The notes under the pieces: model-generated
What the model was told of the DNA's origin: nothing
Databases searched by the model: none
What the model saw: the letters and a program-made list of their open reading frames with translations, nothing else
Source: Vulcanimicrobiota bacterium
GTDB taxonomy: Bacteria; Vulcanimicrobiota; Xenobia; Xenobiales; JADMJV01
Direction of reading: 5' to 3'
NCBI GenBank assembly: GCA_050250895.1
Contig: JBFWNU010000002.1
Coordinates: forward strand, 503,659-567,658
DNA length: 64,000 bases
Part shown: piece by piece, positions 19,828 to 28,877 of the stretch
Position numbering within the stretch: position 1 is the first letter of the stretch
Layout: every line of letters begins with the position of its first letter
Made by a program: the position numbers and the translations under genes

Positions 19828-22104
19828 ATGGGCGTTAGCAAGGCGGCCAGCCTGGTGCTGGCCACGCTGATGGTGCTATTTCTCGGGGGGTGCAACGAAG
19901 ACGGTAGCGTCAACGAGTCTCGTATTTCCGAGGGCCAGGTGGTTCTAACACCGCTGGAGAGCGCGGCCATCTTGCAGCGGTCATTGCTGTTAACGCGCGC
20001 CGTTAACGGCCTTTTCATGCTGAACTCGTTCGTGGTCAACGACCCGCAGCCGCAGCCGCAGCGCAGCTCGGTGGACCCCTTCGATGAAGACATTCGCATT
20101 CCGGGAACCAACTTCATCACCGAGCAACATCTGTTGACCACCACCGAGGCCCAGGATAAAGACCTGCCCGAAGGAACCATCCGCATCCGCGTGAGAGAGG
20201 TCGGCAAAGCCTATGACAGCAATCACGTGCTCTATTGCCTGCCGGCTGTGTTCGCCAACAATCAATTCACTCAAGAGATTCGTCTGGGCAGCAACACCGA
20301 GAGCTTCTTCGGTTGCTTTGGAAGGGCCACGGAAGTATTCGACGCCGGGTTCAACCTGTTGAGCTTGGGATTCACCCAACTCATCCCCTTTAGTGAGCGA
20401 ACCACCGTTTTTGGCGGGCAGGGTCTATTCACTCTTCAGAGCAATGGTCGGTTTATCGGGGATCTCACGGTTCCTCACAAGCTGTATCCGGGGGCCCTTC
20501 AGTCCATTAGCGGAGAAGCTCTGCAAACCAACCGCTCGATGGGTTTCGCCAACGCTGACACCCAGGGCCTGTTCAACTTCCTGGGCGTGCAGGGCCAGGT
20601 GACTCTCAACAACCTCGGCGGCGGTGGACAGATCGCCACCCCCACCAACGGCACCCAGGCCGGTACCGTGACTCCAGGCGGCATTCTCCAGGTCGCCCTC
20701 CCCGACAATTCGCAACTCGCCGACGGCAACATCGATGACGGGGGCGAGTTGTCCGACAACCTGCCGGTGCCGGCCAACGGCTCCCTCACGTTGACTTTCG
20801 ACAACAATGCCATCGAGGTCGGCCAGACGGCGTTCGTCTTCGTCAATGCTTTTGACGGAAACGGCAACCTGGTCCCCTTCACCACCCGGTCCGGTCGTTT
20901 GACGAGCGACGGAACCCATGTGCGCGTGGTGACTTCTCACTCGGTCGTGGGACAGAGCCTCGGGGTCGACACCTTGACCTATCGCGATGATGACACGGGC
21001 AAGGAGGCCACCGGTATGGTCACCGTCTTCCAGGGGACCACGCCACCCACGCCTCCCGCCCCGGGTCCGGTGGGCGGTTACCTCTATGTCTCCGACAGCG
21101 GCAACGATCAGATCGATGTCTTCCCGTTCAATATCACGACCGGAGCCCTCGGCAACTCGAGCCAGGTGGCCAGCACCGGCGCCAATCCCTCGGACCTGCT
21201 GGTGCTGCGCAACGAGCAGTTGTTGCTGGTAGCCGTCGACGGTGGCCTGGATGTGTACTCCATCAGTCAGCAGAACGGCCAGCTCAGCTTGTTGCGCTCC
21301 AACACGCTGGGCTTCACTCCCGCCGATCTCTCTGAAAGTGGTAAGATGGTCACCGCCGGAGCCAATATTCGGCTCTTTGCCACCAAGTCCGGGTCGCCCC
21401 TGTCCGTGCTCGAGCTCAACCCGACCAACGGACAGGTTCAGCAGTTGGCCGAGATTCCGTTCGCCGGTTTCCCTTTCGACTTGACCAACCTGGCGGTTGG
21501 CAGCGACGAGTTTCTCTTTGTCACCAACAACAGTAACGGGGTGGTGGTTTTCCAGGTCCCTGACGCCTTCGGTGGAGCGGTTCCCAACCAGCAGTTCGAC
21601 TTCCCGGTGGCCAGCCAACTGTCCGAGGTTGCCGTCAGCTTCGCCAGCGGACCGGTGCTCGAGATTCTCGACCTCAACGGCTCGGCCTTGCTGAGCGCCA
21701 GCATCAATACAGCCAACGGGTTGTCGAGCATCCTCGACATCGCCAATTCGACCCGCATCGACACGGTGGGGCGTCCGAGGGGCCTGGCCGTAGACGACCT
21801 CTCAGACGTTGCCTACTTTGGCAGCGAGTTCGTGAGCAATAGCCTCGATGGCTTTGGCCTGACCGGGCCGCCCACCGCTCCTGTGCACCTGACGAATGCT
21901 CCCTACGCCGCCTCGGGCAACGCCATCGCGGTGAAGATCACCGGCAGTTCAGCTCAGCTGATCTATGCCTTGACCTCGCCTCAGAACACGTTGGAACTCT
22001 TCTTACAGAATGCAAACCTCTCTTTGATGTCGAATTCTCAAGTGACCCTGCCAGGTGCTAATGCCCAGGCCCAGGACCTGGAAGCGGTCATTCTCAACGA
22101 CTAG
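19828..22104 (+). CDS. lipoprotein with Ig-like domain and lactonase-like beta-propeller
   Basis: ATG 19828 after AAGGGGG; LFLGG-C lipobox; Pro/Thr linker; YLYVSDSGNDQIDVF...TTGAL propeller blades. Confidence 0.8.
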   Translation: MGVSKAASLVLATLMVLFLGGCNEDGSVNESRISEGQVVLTPLESAAILQRSLLLTRAVNGLFMLNSFVVNDPQPQPQRSSVDPFDEDIRIPGTNFITEQHLLTTTEAQDKDLPEGTIRIRVREVGKAYDSNHVLYCLPAVFANNQFTQEIRLGSNTESFFGCFGRATEVFDAGFNLLSLGFTQLIPFSERTTVFGGQGLFTLQSNGRFIGDLTVPHKLYPGALQSISGEALQTNRSMGFANADTQGLFNFLGVQGQVTLNNLGGGGQIATPTNGTQAGTVTPGGILQVALPDNSQLADGNIDDGGELSDNLPVPANGSLTLTFDNNAIEVGQTAFVFVNAFDGNGNLVPFTTRSGRLTSDGTHVRVVTSHSVVGQSLGVDTLTYRDDDTGKEATGMVTVFQGTTPPTPPAPGPVGGYLYVSDSGNDQIDVFPFNITTGALGNSSQVASTGANPSDLLVLRNEQLLLVAVDGGLDVYSISQQNGQLSLLRSNTLGFTPADLSESGKMVTAGANIRLFATKSGSPLSVLELNPTNGQVQQLAEIPFAGFPFDLTNLAVGSDEFLFVTNNSNGVVVFQVPDAFGGAVPNQQFDFPVASQLSEVAVSFASGPVLEILDLNGSALLSASINTANGLSSILDIANSTRIDTVGRPRGLAVDDLSDVAYFGSEFVSNSLDGFGLTGPPTAPVHLTNAPYAASGNAIAVKITGSSAQLIYALTSPQNTLELFLQNANLSLMSNSQVTLPGANAQAQDLEAVILND

Positions 22105-22111
22105 GAAGAGC

Positions 22112-22738
22112 ATGCGTATCACGTTGGTTGACGGCCTGGTCCTGGCACGCCAGGGCCTGCGCCTGCTACTGGAGTCCGAGCCGGGCTTAGAAGTGGTCTA
22201 TGAGTGCAGTCCGAGTGAAGTTTGCTCGGAGGAGTTCGCCCGTTCCGGTTCAGCTCTGGTCTTGCTGGACTTGTTGGACGGTTCTGAACTAGGTTGTCTC
22301 GACTCGTTTTTCGGGGTGCCGCTGCTGGCGGTGGCTTCCCATAACGATGTCGAGTTGGCCGTGCGGGCGTTTCGAGCCGGCGCCAGCGGCTTTGTGGTCA
22401 AATCGGCTCAGCCGGATGAATTGCTGTTGGCCATGCAGATCGTGGCCCAGGGAGGCTGTTACATTCATCCCCGGGTGGCTCAGGCGGTCCTGGCCCAGCT
22501 CCGCGGCGGGGCGTGCAGAGCGAGCGGCTGGGACGGCCTGGGAGGGCGAGAGTTTGCGCTGGTAAGTTTAGTAGCCGAAGGGCTGGCCAATATCCAGATC
22601 GCTCAGCGACTCAATGTCTCGCTGGGCACAGTCAAGAACGACTTGCGCGGCCTCTTTGTCAAACTGGGCGTACGGGATCGCACTCAACTCGCCATCGAAG
22701 CCACCCGCCGCGGTCTCAACGGCGTCTCGCACGCCTGA
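22112..22738 (+). CDS. NarL/LuxR family response regulator
   Basis: REC (LVLLDL, AGASGFVVKS) plus LuxR HTH (GLANIQIAQRLNVSLGTVK). Confidence 0.9.
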   Translation: MRITLVDGLVLARQGLRLLLESEPGLEVVYECSPSEVCSEEFARSGSALVLLDLLDGSELGCLDSFFGVPLLAVASHNDVELAVRAFRAGASGFVVKSAQPDELLLAMQIVAQGGCYIHPRVAQAVLAQLRGGACRASGWDGLGGREFALVSLVAEGLANIQIAQRLNVSLGTVKNDLRGLFVKLGVRDRTQLAIEATRRGLNGVSHA

Positions 22739-22909
22739 ACCGGCGGGCGGCCGGCGGCGTAGAGCGATCGAAGCCCGGCTGCGTCCCTGGCTAGGGCCGG
22801 GCCATTGGTGTGGAGACAGCGAGCGGCTCGAGTGGAGCTATGGGGACCTCACCGTGACTCGGGGATGCTGCGGTTGGGTGTCCAAGCTAGAGCCCCGGAA
22901 AGGCTGGGT

Positions 22910-23281
22910 TTAGTGATTCCCATCCCCCAAGCAACTTGCTCGAGCTTCGGCTGCTCGGGCTTTGTCGGGCAGGGCCGCCTCTCGATAGAGCCCGGCGGCC
23001 TCGCGCAGGCTCCAAGCAGCGGAGTCAAGCTGGTCGAGTCTGATCTGAAACTCTGCGGCTTGCTCGTAGTAGGCTCCATCACCCGAGACCACTCCGGCCT
23101 GGGAGCTGGTAATCGCGGCGTAGCTGAGCTTGCCAAGCGCCTCGAGGGCGAGGGTTCGTATCTTCAACCCTTCAAGATTGGACAGGTCCCACCTGAGCAC
23201 AGACATGGCCAACGAGTCGGCCAGAGCGAAATTCCCGCTATCGAGGGCGATGCGCGCCTGCCGCAAAACGCCACGACTCAT
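22910..23281 (-). CDS. small TPR-like hypothetical protein
   Basis: Helical Ala-rich ORF 1 bp after the upstream gene; partly duplicated at 16896-17030. Confidence 0.6.
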   Translation of the reverse strand: MSRGVLRQARIALDSGNFALADSLAMSVLRWDLSNLEGLKIRTLALEALGKLSYAAITSSQAGVVSGDGAYYEQAAEFQIRLDQLDSAAWSLREAAGLYREAALPDKARAAEARASCLGDGNH

Positions 23282-23282
23282 C

Positions 23283-23567
23283 TTAAAACAAGACGAGCAG
23301 GGCGGCGGAGCCCACCACCAGCGTCAGCCAGTAAGGCCAACCGGTCGAGTCGAGTTCTTTAAGCAGCCAGAAGACCAGCAAGGACAGTCCGGTGGCCCCC
23401 ACCAGAATGACCAGCACCCGGCTCCACTCGCCGGTGAAGGCCACATCGAAGATCAGGCCGTTGGTGAATAAACAAGCCCCGTAGAGGGCGGCGCAAACCT
23501 TGGGCTGGCCGGTCTGGATCAACACCTTGATCAACATTGGGATGAGGAAGAGCTTCAGCAGCAGCAC
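23283..23567 (-). CDS. small membrane protein (94 aa)
   Basis: About four hydrophobic segments; 3' end duplicated at 17031-17140. Confidence 0.7.
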   Translation of the reverse strand: MLLLKLFLIPMLIKVLIQTGQPKVCAALYGACLFTNGLIFDVAFTGEWSRVLVILVGATGLSLLVFWLLKELDSTGWPYWLTLVVGSAALLVLF

Positions 23568-23791
23568 CCTGCTACCTTAGCACACCCCGCCAGGCCCGTC
23601 GAGCAGTCTCTAGGCGCGGTCGGCGGCGACTTCCAGGGTCACACCTGGGCGGGACCGACTTCCCCGCGGAAGTCACCCGGTTTCTCCCCGAAGACCGGAT
23701 GTTAACAAAGTGTGCCTTCGAAGGCGCAGGGCAGTCGGGTAGTTTTAGAAAGTCCCGCACTAGGGTAGCTGTTAACGAAGAGAGGTCGTAA

Positions 23792-24919
23792 GTGCTCGTC
23801 TATCCCAACACCCAACGCTCTCCTCTGGCGGCGCCAAGACGGCGCACTTCGCAGGAGGCTATCGGGATTATCGGGGGGGGAAATTCGGCCCGCGCTCTGG
23901 CCGGTTATCTCTCTCGCCGTGGTCACGAGGTGCGCCTGTTGGTGCGCAGCCCCGAGAAGGTTGCGGGGCTCGATTACCATCGCGCCGTGCGCGTCATTGG
24001 TCATCTTGAGGGATATTATCCGGTCAAGCAGGTCACCACCGAACCGGACCGGTTCTTTGGCGACTGCCGGACGCTGTTTGTCGCCACCACCACCGACGCC
24101 TATCCCGAGCTGTGCCGTCGCTACGGTCCTTACCTCGAGGCCGGTCACCAGGTCATCCTGTTCTCGTCGAAGTTCGGCGGCAGCGCACTGTTCGAACATG
24201 GATTGGCCCAGCAGCGCCGCACCGGCGTACGGGTGATCGAGACCGATGCGCTTTTTGCCTGCCGGGCTCAGGGCGACGACGCCATCTGGATTCGCGGCAT
24301 CAAACGCTGGACCTACTATTCTTGCCCGAGGCAGTCGCAGACCCGCCAGGCGGCCGCTCTGATGGCCAACTTCTTCCCCGGCCTCGAGCCGGCCGAGAAT
24401 CTGGTGCAGCGCGGCCTGACCGACTTTGGAGCCCTGGCCCACGCCCTGACCGTGCTGGTCAATATGAACAGCATCGATCGCGGCAAGCCGTTTCTGTTCT
24501 ATTACGAGGGGTTCACGGAAAACACGGTGGTCTTGCTCGAGTCGATGGAGCGCGAGTTCCAGCGCGTGGCTCAGGCTTACGGCACCAGCCTCATTCCCGC
24601 CGCCGAACTGCTCAACCGTTATTACGGCGGTGGCACCGGCAGCCTGCTCGAGGCTATTCGACAGGTGCCCAACTACCGCCACAGCGTGGCTCCCGACACC
24701 CTGCGCCATCGTTACCTGACCGAGGATGTGCCCTGTACGCTGGTGCCGGTCCAGCAACTGGCCCGCCTGGCTGGCGTAGCCACCCCGATGATCGATTCGG
24801 TCATTAACCTGTCCTCCGTCCTGAGCGGCCGGGACTTTGCTAGCACCGGTCGTAGCCTGTCTCAGTTTGGCTGGTCGGGGCTCAAGCCCCGCCAGATCGT
24901 CGACTGGATGGCCCGATGA
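23792..24919 (+). CDS. NAD(P)-dependent opine (octopine/nopaline) dehydrogenase family protein
   Basis: Rossmann GIIGGGNSA; FLFYYEG; HRYLTEDVPCTLVP; VATPMIDSVI; GRSLSQFG. Confidence 0.9.
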   Translation: MLVYPNTQRSPLAAPRRRTSQEAIGIIGGGNSARALAGYLSRRGHEVRLLVRSPEKVAGLDYHRAVRVIGHLEGYYPVKQVTTEPDRFFGDCRTLFVATTTDAYPELCRRYGPYLEAGHQVILFSSKFGGSALFEHGLAQQRRTGVRVIETDALFACRAQGDDAIWIRGIKRWTYYSCPRQSQTRQAAALMANFFPGLEPAENLVQRGLTDFGALAHALTVLVNMNSIDRGKPFLFYYEGFTENTVVLLESMEREFQRVAQAYGTSLIPAAELLNRYYGGGTGSLLEAIRQVPNYRHSVAPDTLRHRYLTEDVPCTLVPVQQLARLAGVATPMIDSVINLSSVLSGRDFASTGRSLSQFGWSGLKPRQIVDWMAR

Positions 24920-25761
24920 GCAAGTGGACCTCCAGCTGGGTGCTGGTCGCCCTGTTGGCGGCCGCTATCGAACCGATTCTGGCCAAGCTGGGCTATCGGG
25001 GCGCGGCCACTCCGCTGCAGCTGTTGGTCATGAAGAACGTGGTGGCAGCCTGTATGATCCTGCCACTCACTCGCGCCTGGAACTGGGTGGGTTGGTCCGG
25101 CGTGCGCAAGATGGCCTCGGTCAGCCTGCTGTTGTTGTTTACCAACTTCTGCTCGCTGGTGGCCGTCAAGTTCCTGCCGGCCGTCACCGTGATCACTCTG
25201 GTTACCACCACTCCGGCTTTCGTGGCCTTGACCAACCAGCGCAAAGGCCGCGACGTCTTGGGGCGCAAGTATTGGTTCGGCTTCGGGCTGTGCTTTTTGG
25301 GCGTGGCTCTGTCGATCGACGCCCTGCGTAACGGATCGATGGTGTTTCACCCGGTGGGGCTGCTGGCCGTACTGGGCTCGATCGCCAGCTCCACCATTTA
25401 CCGCACGCGTCTTGAGGATGTGACGGCCGAGTTCAAACCGGCCCTGGTCTCGACCTATATCTTCTTGATCAATGCGGTGGTCAGTCTGGTGTTCGTGGCT
25501 CCTTTCATCGACCCCATCCCGATGGCGATGGTTCCGGTCGGACTGTGGATCGGACTGGCGGCCGCCGTGGCCAACGTGGCCTTCCTGTCGGCCGTGCACC
25601 TGGTGGGGGCCACCAACATGTCGATCTTCAACCTGCTGCAGCGGCCTATGGTGCTCATCGCCGCCAGCCTGGTGCTGCACGAGCATCTGGGCTGGATGCA
25701 GTGGGTAGGTATCGCCATGATCTTAGCCGGAGTTCGCATCGCGAAAGTCGTTCGTAAGTGA
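24916..25761 (+). CDS. DMT/EamA family transporter
   Basis: About ten TM segments in two repeats; ATGA overlap with the opine dehydrogenase. Confidence 0.9.
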   Translation: MSKWTSSWVLVALLAAAIEPILAKLGYRGAATPLQLLVMKNVVAACMILPLTRAWNWVGWSGVRKMASVSLLLLFTNFCSLVAVKFLPAVTVITLVTTTPAFVALTNQRKGRDVLGRKYWFGFGLCFLGVALSIDALRNGSMVFHPVGLLAVLGSIASSTIYRTRLEDVTAEFKPALVSTYIFLINAVVSLVFVAPFIDPIPMAMVPVGLWIGLAAAVANVAFLSAVHLVGATNMSIFNLLQRPMVLIAASLVLHEHLGWMQWVGIAMILAGVRIAKVVRK

Positions 25762-27185
25762 GTTTCGACCAGCTGATGGGCTGGGTGGAACAAGAACACG
25801 GTTTTCCCGCCCAGCTCGAAGACTTCCATAACCGCCGTTGCGCCTGGCTCTTCGAGCAAGGTCTAGGCCGCGACTTGACCATGCCGGTGACGGTGGTGGC
25901 CGGGTCCTGCGGCAAGGCTTCGACGGCCCGCTTTCTGGCCTTCATCGTCAGGGCCTTGCTGGATGCCACCGGCGAGACGCGACCGCTGGGACTGGGCACC
26001 AAGCCGCCTCTGCAAGAGACCCTGCAAGGCAATCGCGAGCGCTACCAGTTGTTCGAGGCCGGCCAGCCGGTCCCACGCTGGATCGCTCCCCAGGAGTTTA
26101 CTCGACTGGCTGCTCAGCTCCAGGCCCTGGTCGAAGGGCTGCCCGCCGAGCTGGGGCCTTTGGCCGCTTATGATCTGCGCTACTGGTTGTTGGGGCGATT
26201 TTTCGTCGAACAGCAGGTGGCCTTTGGCATCGTCGAGGCCAACATCGGGTTGCGGCTCGATCCCGCTTCGGTCTTTCCCGAGCCCGCCCTGGCTCTGTTG
26301 ACTCCCATTGGCAACGACCACGGAGCCCAACTCAAACCAGACGGAGCGCCCGATTGGCTGGCCCTGCTGGGAGACCGGGCCGGGCCGACCTGGCACAAGG
26401 CCGGCGGTTTGCCGCCCGGGGCGCCGGTAGTGGTCGGCCGTCAGACGATCGCCGTCGAGCAGGCCATCGCCCGCCTTCACCCCCGCAACCTCACCCTGTG
26501 GGAAAGAGACTACGAGGCGACCGAGGTGGTAGCGGGCACGCGGGGCACCACCATGCGACTGCGACTGGGTGAAGAGAGCTTCGAGGTGAGGTTGTCGGTG
26601 GTGGGTCGCTTTCAGGCCGACAATGCCGCCCAGGCGGCTGCCGGCGCCTGGGTGCTGTGGAAAGAGGGCAAGTTGCCGGGCACTTTCGCCCAATTGCGCC
26701 AGGCCGTGGTGACCGGGTTGGAGCGAGCCGATACTCCCGGCCGCCTGCAACTGTATGCCCAGGAGCCGACCACCTACGTTGCCCTGGCCACCGGGTTCAT
26801 CAAGGTCGACACTTTGATGAAAAGCCTCGAAGAATTGCTCGACAGTCATCATCCCGAATCGCGGCTGGTGGTGTGCCTGACCTTTCTGGATCGCATCTTC
26901 GAAGTGCGGCGCTCGTTCGAGCGGATTCTCGAGAGCCCGCGCCTGGAAGCCGCGGTGGTGACCTCGTTCTTTGACGATGACGAGAACCGCGATCTCGCTC
27001 CCGAGGTGTTGGCCGGCTGGGCCGCAGGCAGCGAGGTGCGCGTTTGCCCCGACCCTGGCCAGGCGGTCGAAACGGCGCGCCGTCTGGCCCACCCCGAACG
27101 CGACCTGGTGCTGTTGTTGGGCAACGGACTGTGCCATAGCCTCGACCTTTCGCCCGAGCCGAAACTTCGCGGTAACAAGCTGTAA
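25758..27185 (+). CDS. divergent FolC/Mur-type ATP-dependent amide ligase
   Basis: VAGSCGKAST, VEANIGLRLD, TPIGNDH, HKAG, GRFQADNAAQA, PGRLQ; GTGA overlap. Confidence 0.85.
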   Translation: MSFDQLMGWVEQEHGFPAQLEDFHNRRCAWLFEQGLGRDLTMPVTVVAGSCGKASTARFLAFIVRALLDATGETRPLGLGTKPPLQETLQGNRERYQLFEAGQPVPRWIAPQEFTRLAAQLQALVEGLPAELGPLAAYDLRYWLLGRFFVEQQVAFGIVEANIGLRLDPASVFPEPALALLTPIGNDHGAQLKPDGAPDWLALLGDRAGPTWHKAGGLPPGAPVVVGRQTIAVEQAIARLHPRNLTLWERDYEATEVVAGTRGTTMRLRLGEESFEVRLSVVGRFQADNAAQAAAGAWVLWKEGKLPGTFAQLRQAVVTGLERADTPGRLQLYAQEPTTYVALATGFIKVDTLMKSLEELLDSHHPESRLVVCLTFLDRIFEVRRSFERILESPRLEAAVVTSFFDDDENRDLAPEVLAGWAAGSEVRVCPDPGQAVETARRLAHPERDLVLLLGNGLCHSLDLSPEPKLRGNKL

Positions 27186-27210
27186 TACCACCAGCTTATA
27201 GTCTGGGGCT

Positions 27211-28122
27211 GTGCAGATCACCAGCCTGACCCGCAGCTACTCCAGGCCCCAACCACCGATGGCTCGAGCCGAGGTGGCCCCGGCGCGCCTGGATGCTAGC
27301 CTGCTTCGGCCCAAGAACGACCCGGTGGCCGCAGCCGTCAACCGCATGCTCGATGACCCGCTCGAGCCCGCTCTGCGTACCCTGCTGGTCGACGGCCTGC
27401 GTCCTTATGGAGCCGATATCCTCAATCGTCTGGCCGACCACGGGCTCAAGCTCAAGACACCCGCGGAAGGCTATGCCCACTACTCGACCACCGAGCGCAC
27501 CATTACCTATCCTTTGCCCGATCTGCGTCGCGATCAGGAGATTCCGTTTCGTGACTACATGATTTTGCACGAGATGGCCCATGCCATGGACTTTCTGCTC
27601 GAGCCCGCGGGGCCACAGCTCTCCAAACGCGAGGACCTGGGCATCTCGGCTCACCGCGATCGGCTGCGTGGTCTGTACCGGCCGGCTCTGGCCGCCTTCC
27701 AGGCGACCGAAGAACGTCTACGCCGGCAGGGAAAGTGGGGACCGCGCCCGGGAATGCCGCTGGCCCGGGTCTATGGTGAGGACTTCATCACCGTGGTCGA
27801 AAAGGTCACCGGTCGCCAGCTCAGTGAGCGCCCCGGCCGTGGGCATCTGACCATTCTCGATGCCGACACCAATCCCACCGAGTATTTCGCCGACGCGGTC
27901 TACTGCTATCTTCATCACGAGCGGGTCGCCACCCACCGCTATCGTCTGCCCGACGGGCAGATGATTGCCCACCAGTATCCGCCGGATCGCAACCTGCTGG
28001 CCCAACGCGACCCCCGCATGTACGAGGCCCTGGACCGCTTCTTTTCCAGGACCACTCCACACGCCCAGGACCTGGCTATTGGCCAGTCCTCATCGGTCGC
28101 TGGAGCGGATCTTGGCCAGTAG
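27211..28122 (+). CDS. zinc metallopeptidase (HEXXH; lethal-factor/PPEP-like motif arrangement)
   Basis: ILHEMAHAMD and NPTEYFADA; TAGTCT 6 bp before the GTG. Confidence 0.75.
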   Translation: MQITSLTRSYSRPQPPMARAEVAPARLDASLLRPKNDPVAAAVNRMLDDPLEPALRTLLVDGLRPYGADILNRLADHGLKLKTPAEGYAHYSTTERTITYPLPDLRRDQEIPFRDYMILHEMAHAMDFLLEPAGPQLSKREDLGISAHRDRLRGLYRPALAAFQATEERLRRQGKWGPRPGMPLARVYGEDFITVVEKVTGRQLSERPGRGHLTILDADTNPTEYFADAVYCYLHHERVATHRYRLPDGQMIAHQYPPDRNLLAQRDPRMYEALDRFFSRTTPHAQDLAIGQSSSVAGADLGQ

Positions 28123-28842
28123 CCGCAGGATTTCTAGATAGAGCCAGATCAGGGTGACTACCAGGCCGAAGGCCGCGTACCACTCCATGTACTTGGGTGC
28201 GCCATGTTCGACGCCTTGCTCGATAAAGTCGAAATCGAGCACCAGGTTCAGAGCTGCGATGACGACCACGAACAGGCTAAAACCGATCCCTGCCGCCCCC
28301 GCGTCGTGAATGAAAGGCACGTCGGTGCCAAAGAATCGCAGGCCGATACTGACCAGATAGACCAGCGCGATGCCGCCGGTCGCAGCCACCACTCCTAACT
28401 TGAAGTTCTCGGTGGGTTTGATCAATCCGGAACGATAAGCCAGCAGCAGGCAAAAGAGGGTGCCGAAGGTCAGGCCCACGGCCTGCAGCACGATACCGGG
28501 ATAGGCTCGCTCGAAGATCGACGAGAGGGTGCCCAGCACCAGGCCCTCGGCCCCGGCATAAAAGGGCGAGGTATAGGGGGACCACTCTTTCTTGAAGATG
28601 GTGACCAGAGCCAGCACGAAGCCGGTGAGTGAACCCCCGATGCAGACGGGGAAGAGCAGGTCGGGATTGCTGTCGATCAACCCCCACACCGAGCCGGCGG
28701 CGGCTACCACCAGGCACAAAAGGAAGAAGGTGCGATGGACTGTCCCGTCCAGGGACATGCGCTGGGGGACCTCCTGGATGGTGGTTTGCCACTGGGCAAA
28801 GGTGCGTTCACTGAGAGTGGGATTTCCGGTTCTTAACGCCAT
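28090..28842 (-). CDS. Bax inhibitor-1/YccA family membrane protein
   Basis: YPGIVLQAVGLTFG, AALNLVLDFDFIEQG..APKYMEWYAAFGL.VTLIWLYLEILRLL. Confidence 0.95.
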   Translation of the reverse strand: MALRTGNPTLSERTFAQWQTTIQEVPQRMSLDGTVHRTFFLLCLVVAAAGSVWGLIDSNPDLLFPVCIGGSLTGFVLALVTIFKKEWSPYTSPFYAGAEGLVLGTLSSIFERAYPGIVLQAVGLTFGTLFCLLLAYRSGLIKPTENFKLGVVAATGGIALVYLVSIGLRFFGTDVPFIHDAGAAGIGFSLFVVVIAALNLVLDFDFIEQGVEHGAPKYMEWYAAFGLVVTLIWLYLEILRLLAKIRSSDR

Positions 28843-28877
28843 AGGGCCAGTATAGCACAGCGCCGAACCCGCTCACG

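Noticed and set aside
22740-22913. Possible gene remnant (GHWCGDSERLEWSYG...)
   Set aside because: No start, RBS or recognisable family; cannot be supported
25863-27221. Long antisense ORFs (also 12852..13994, 5317..6510, 20425..21618, 23702..24757)
   Set aside because: Shadows of motif-supported genes, expected from high-GC codon bias
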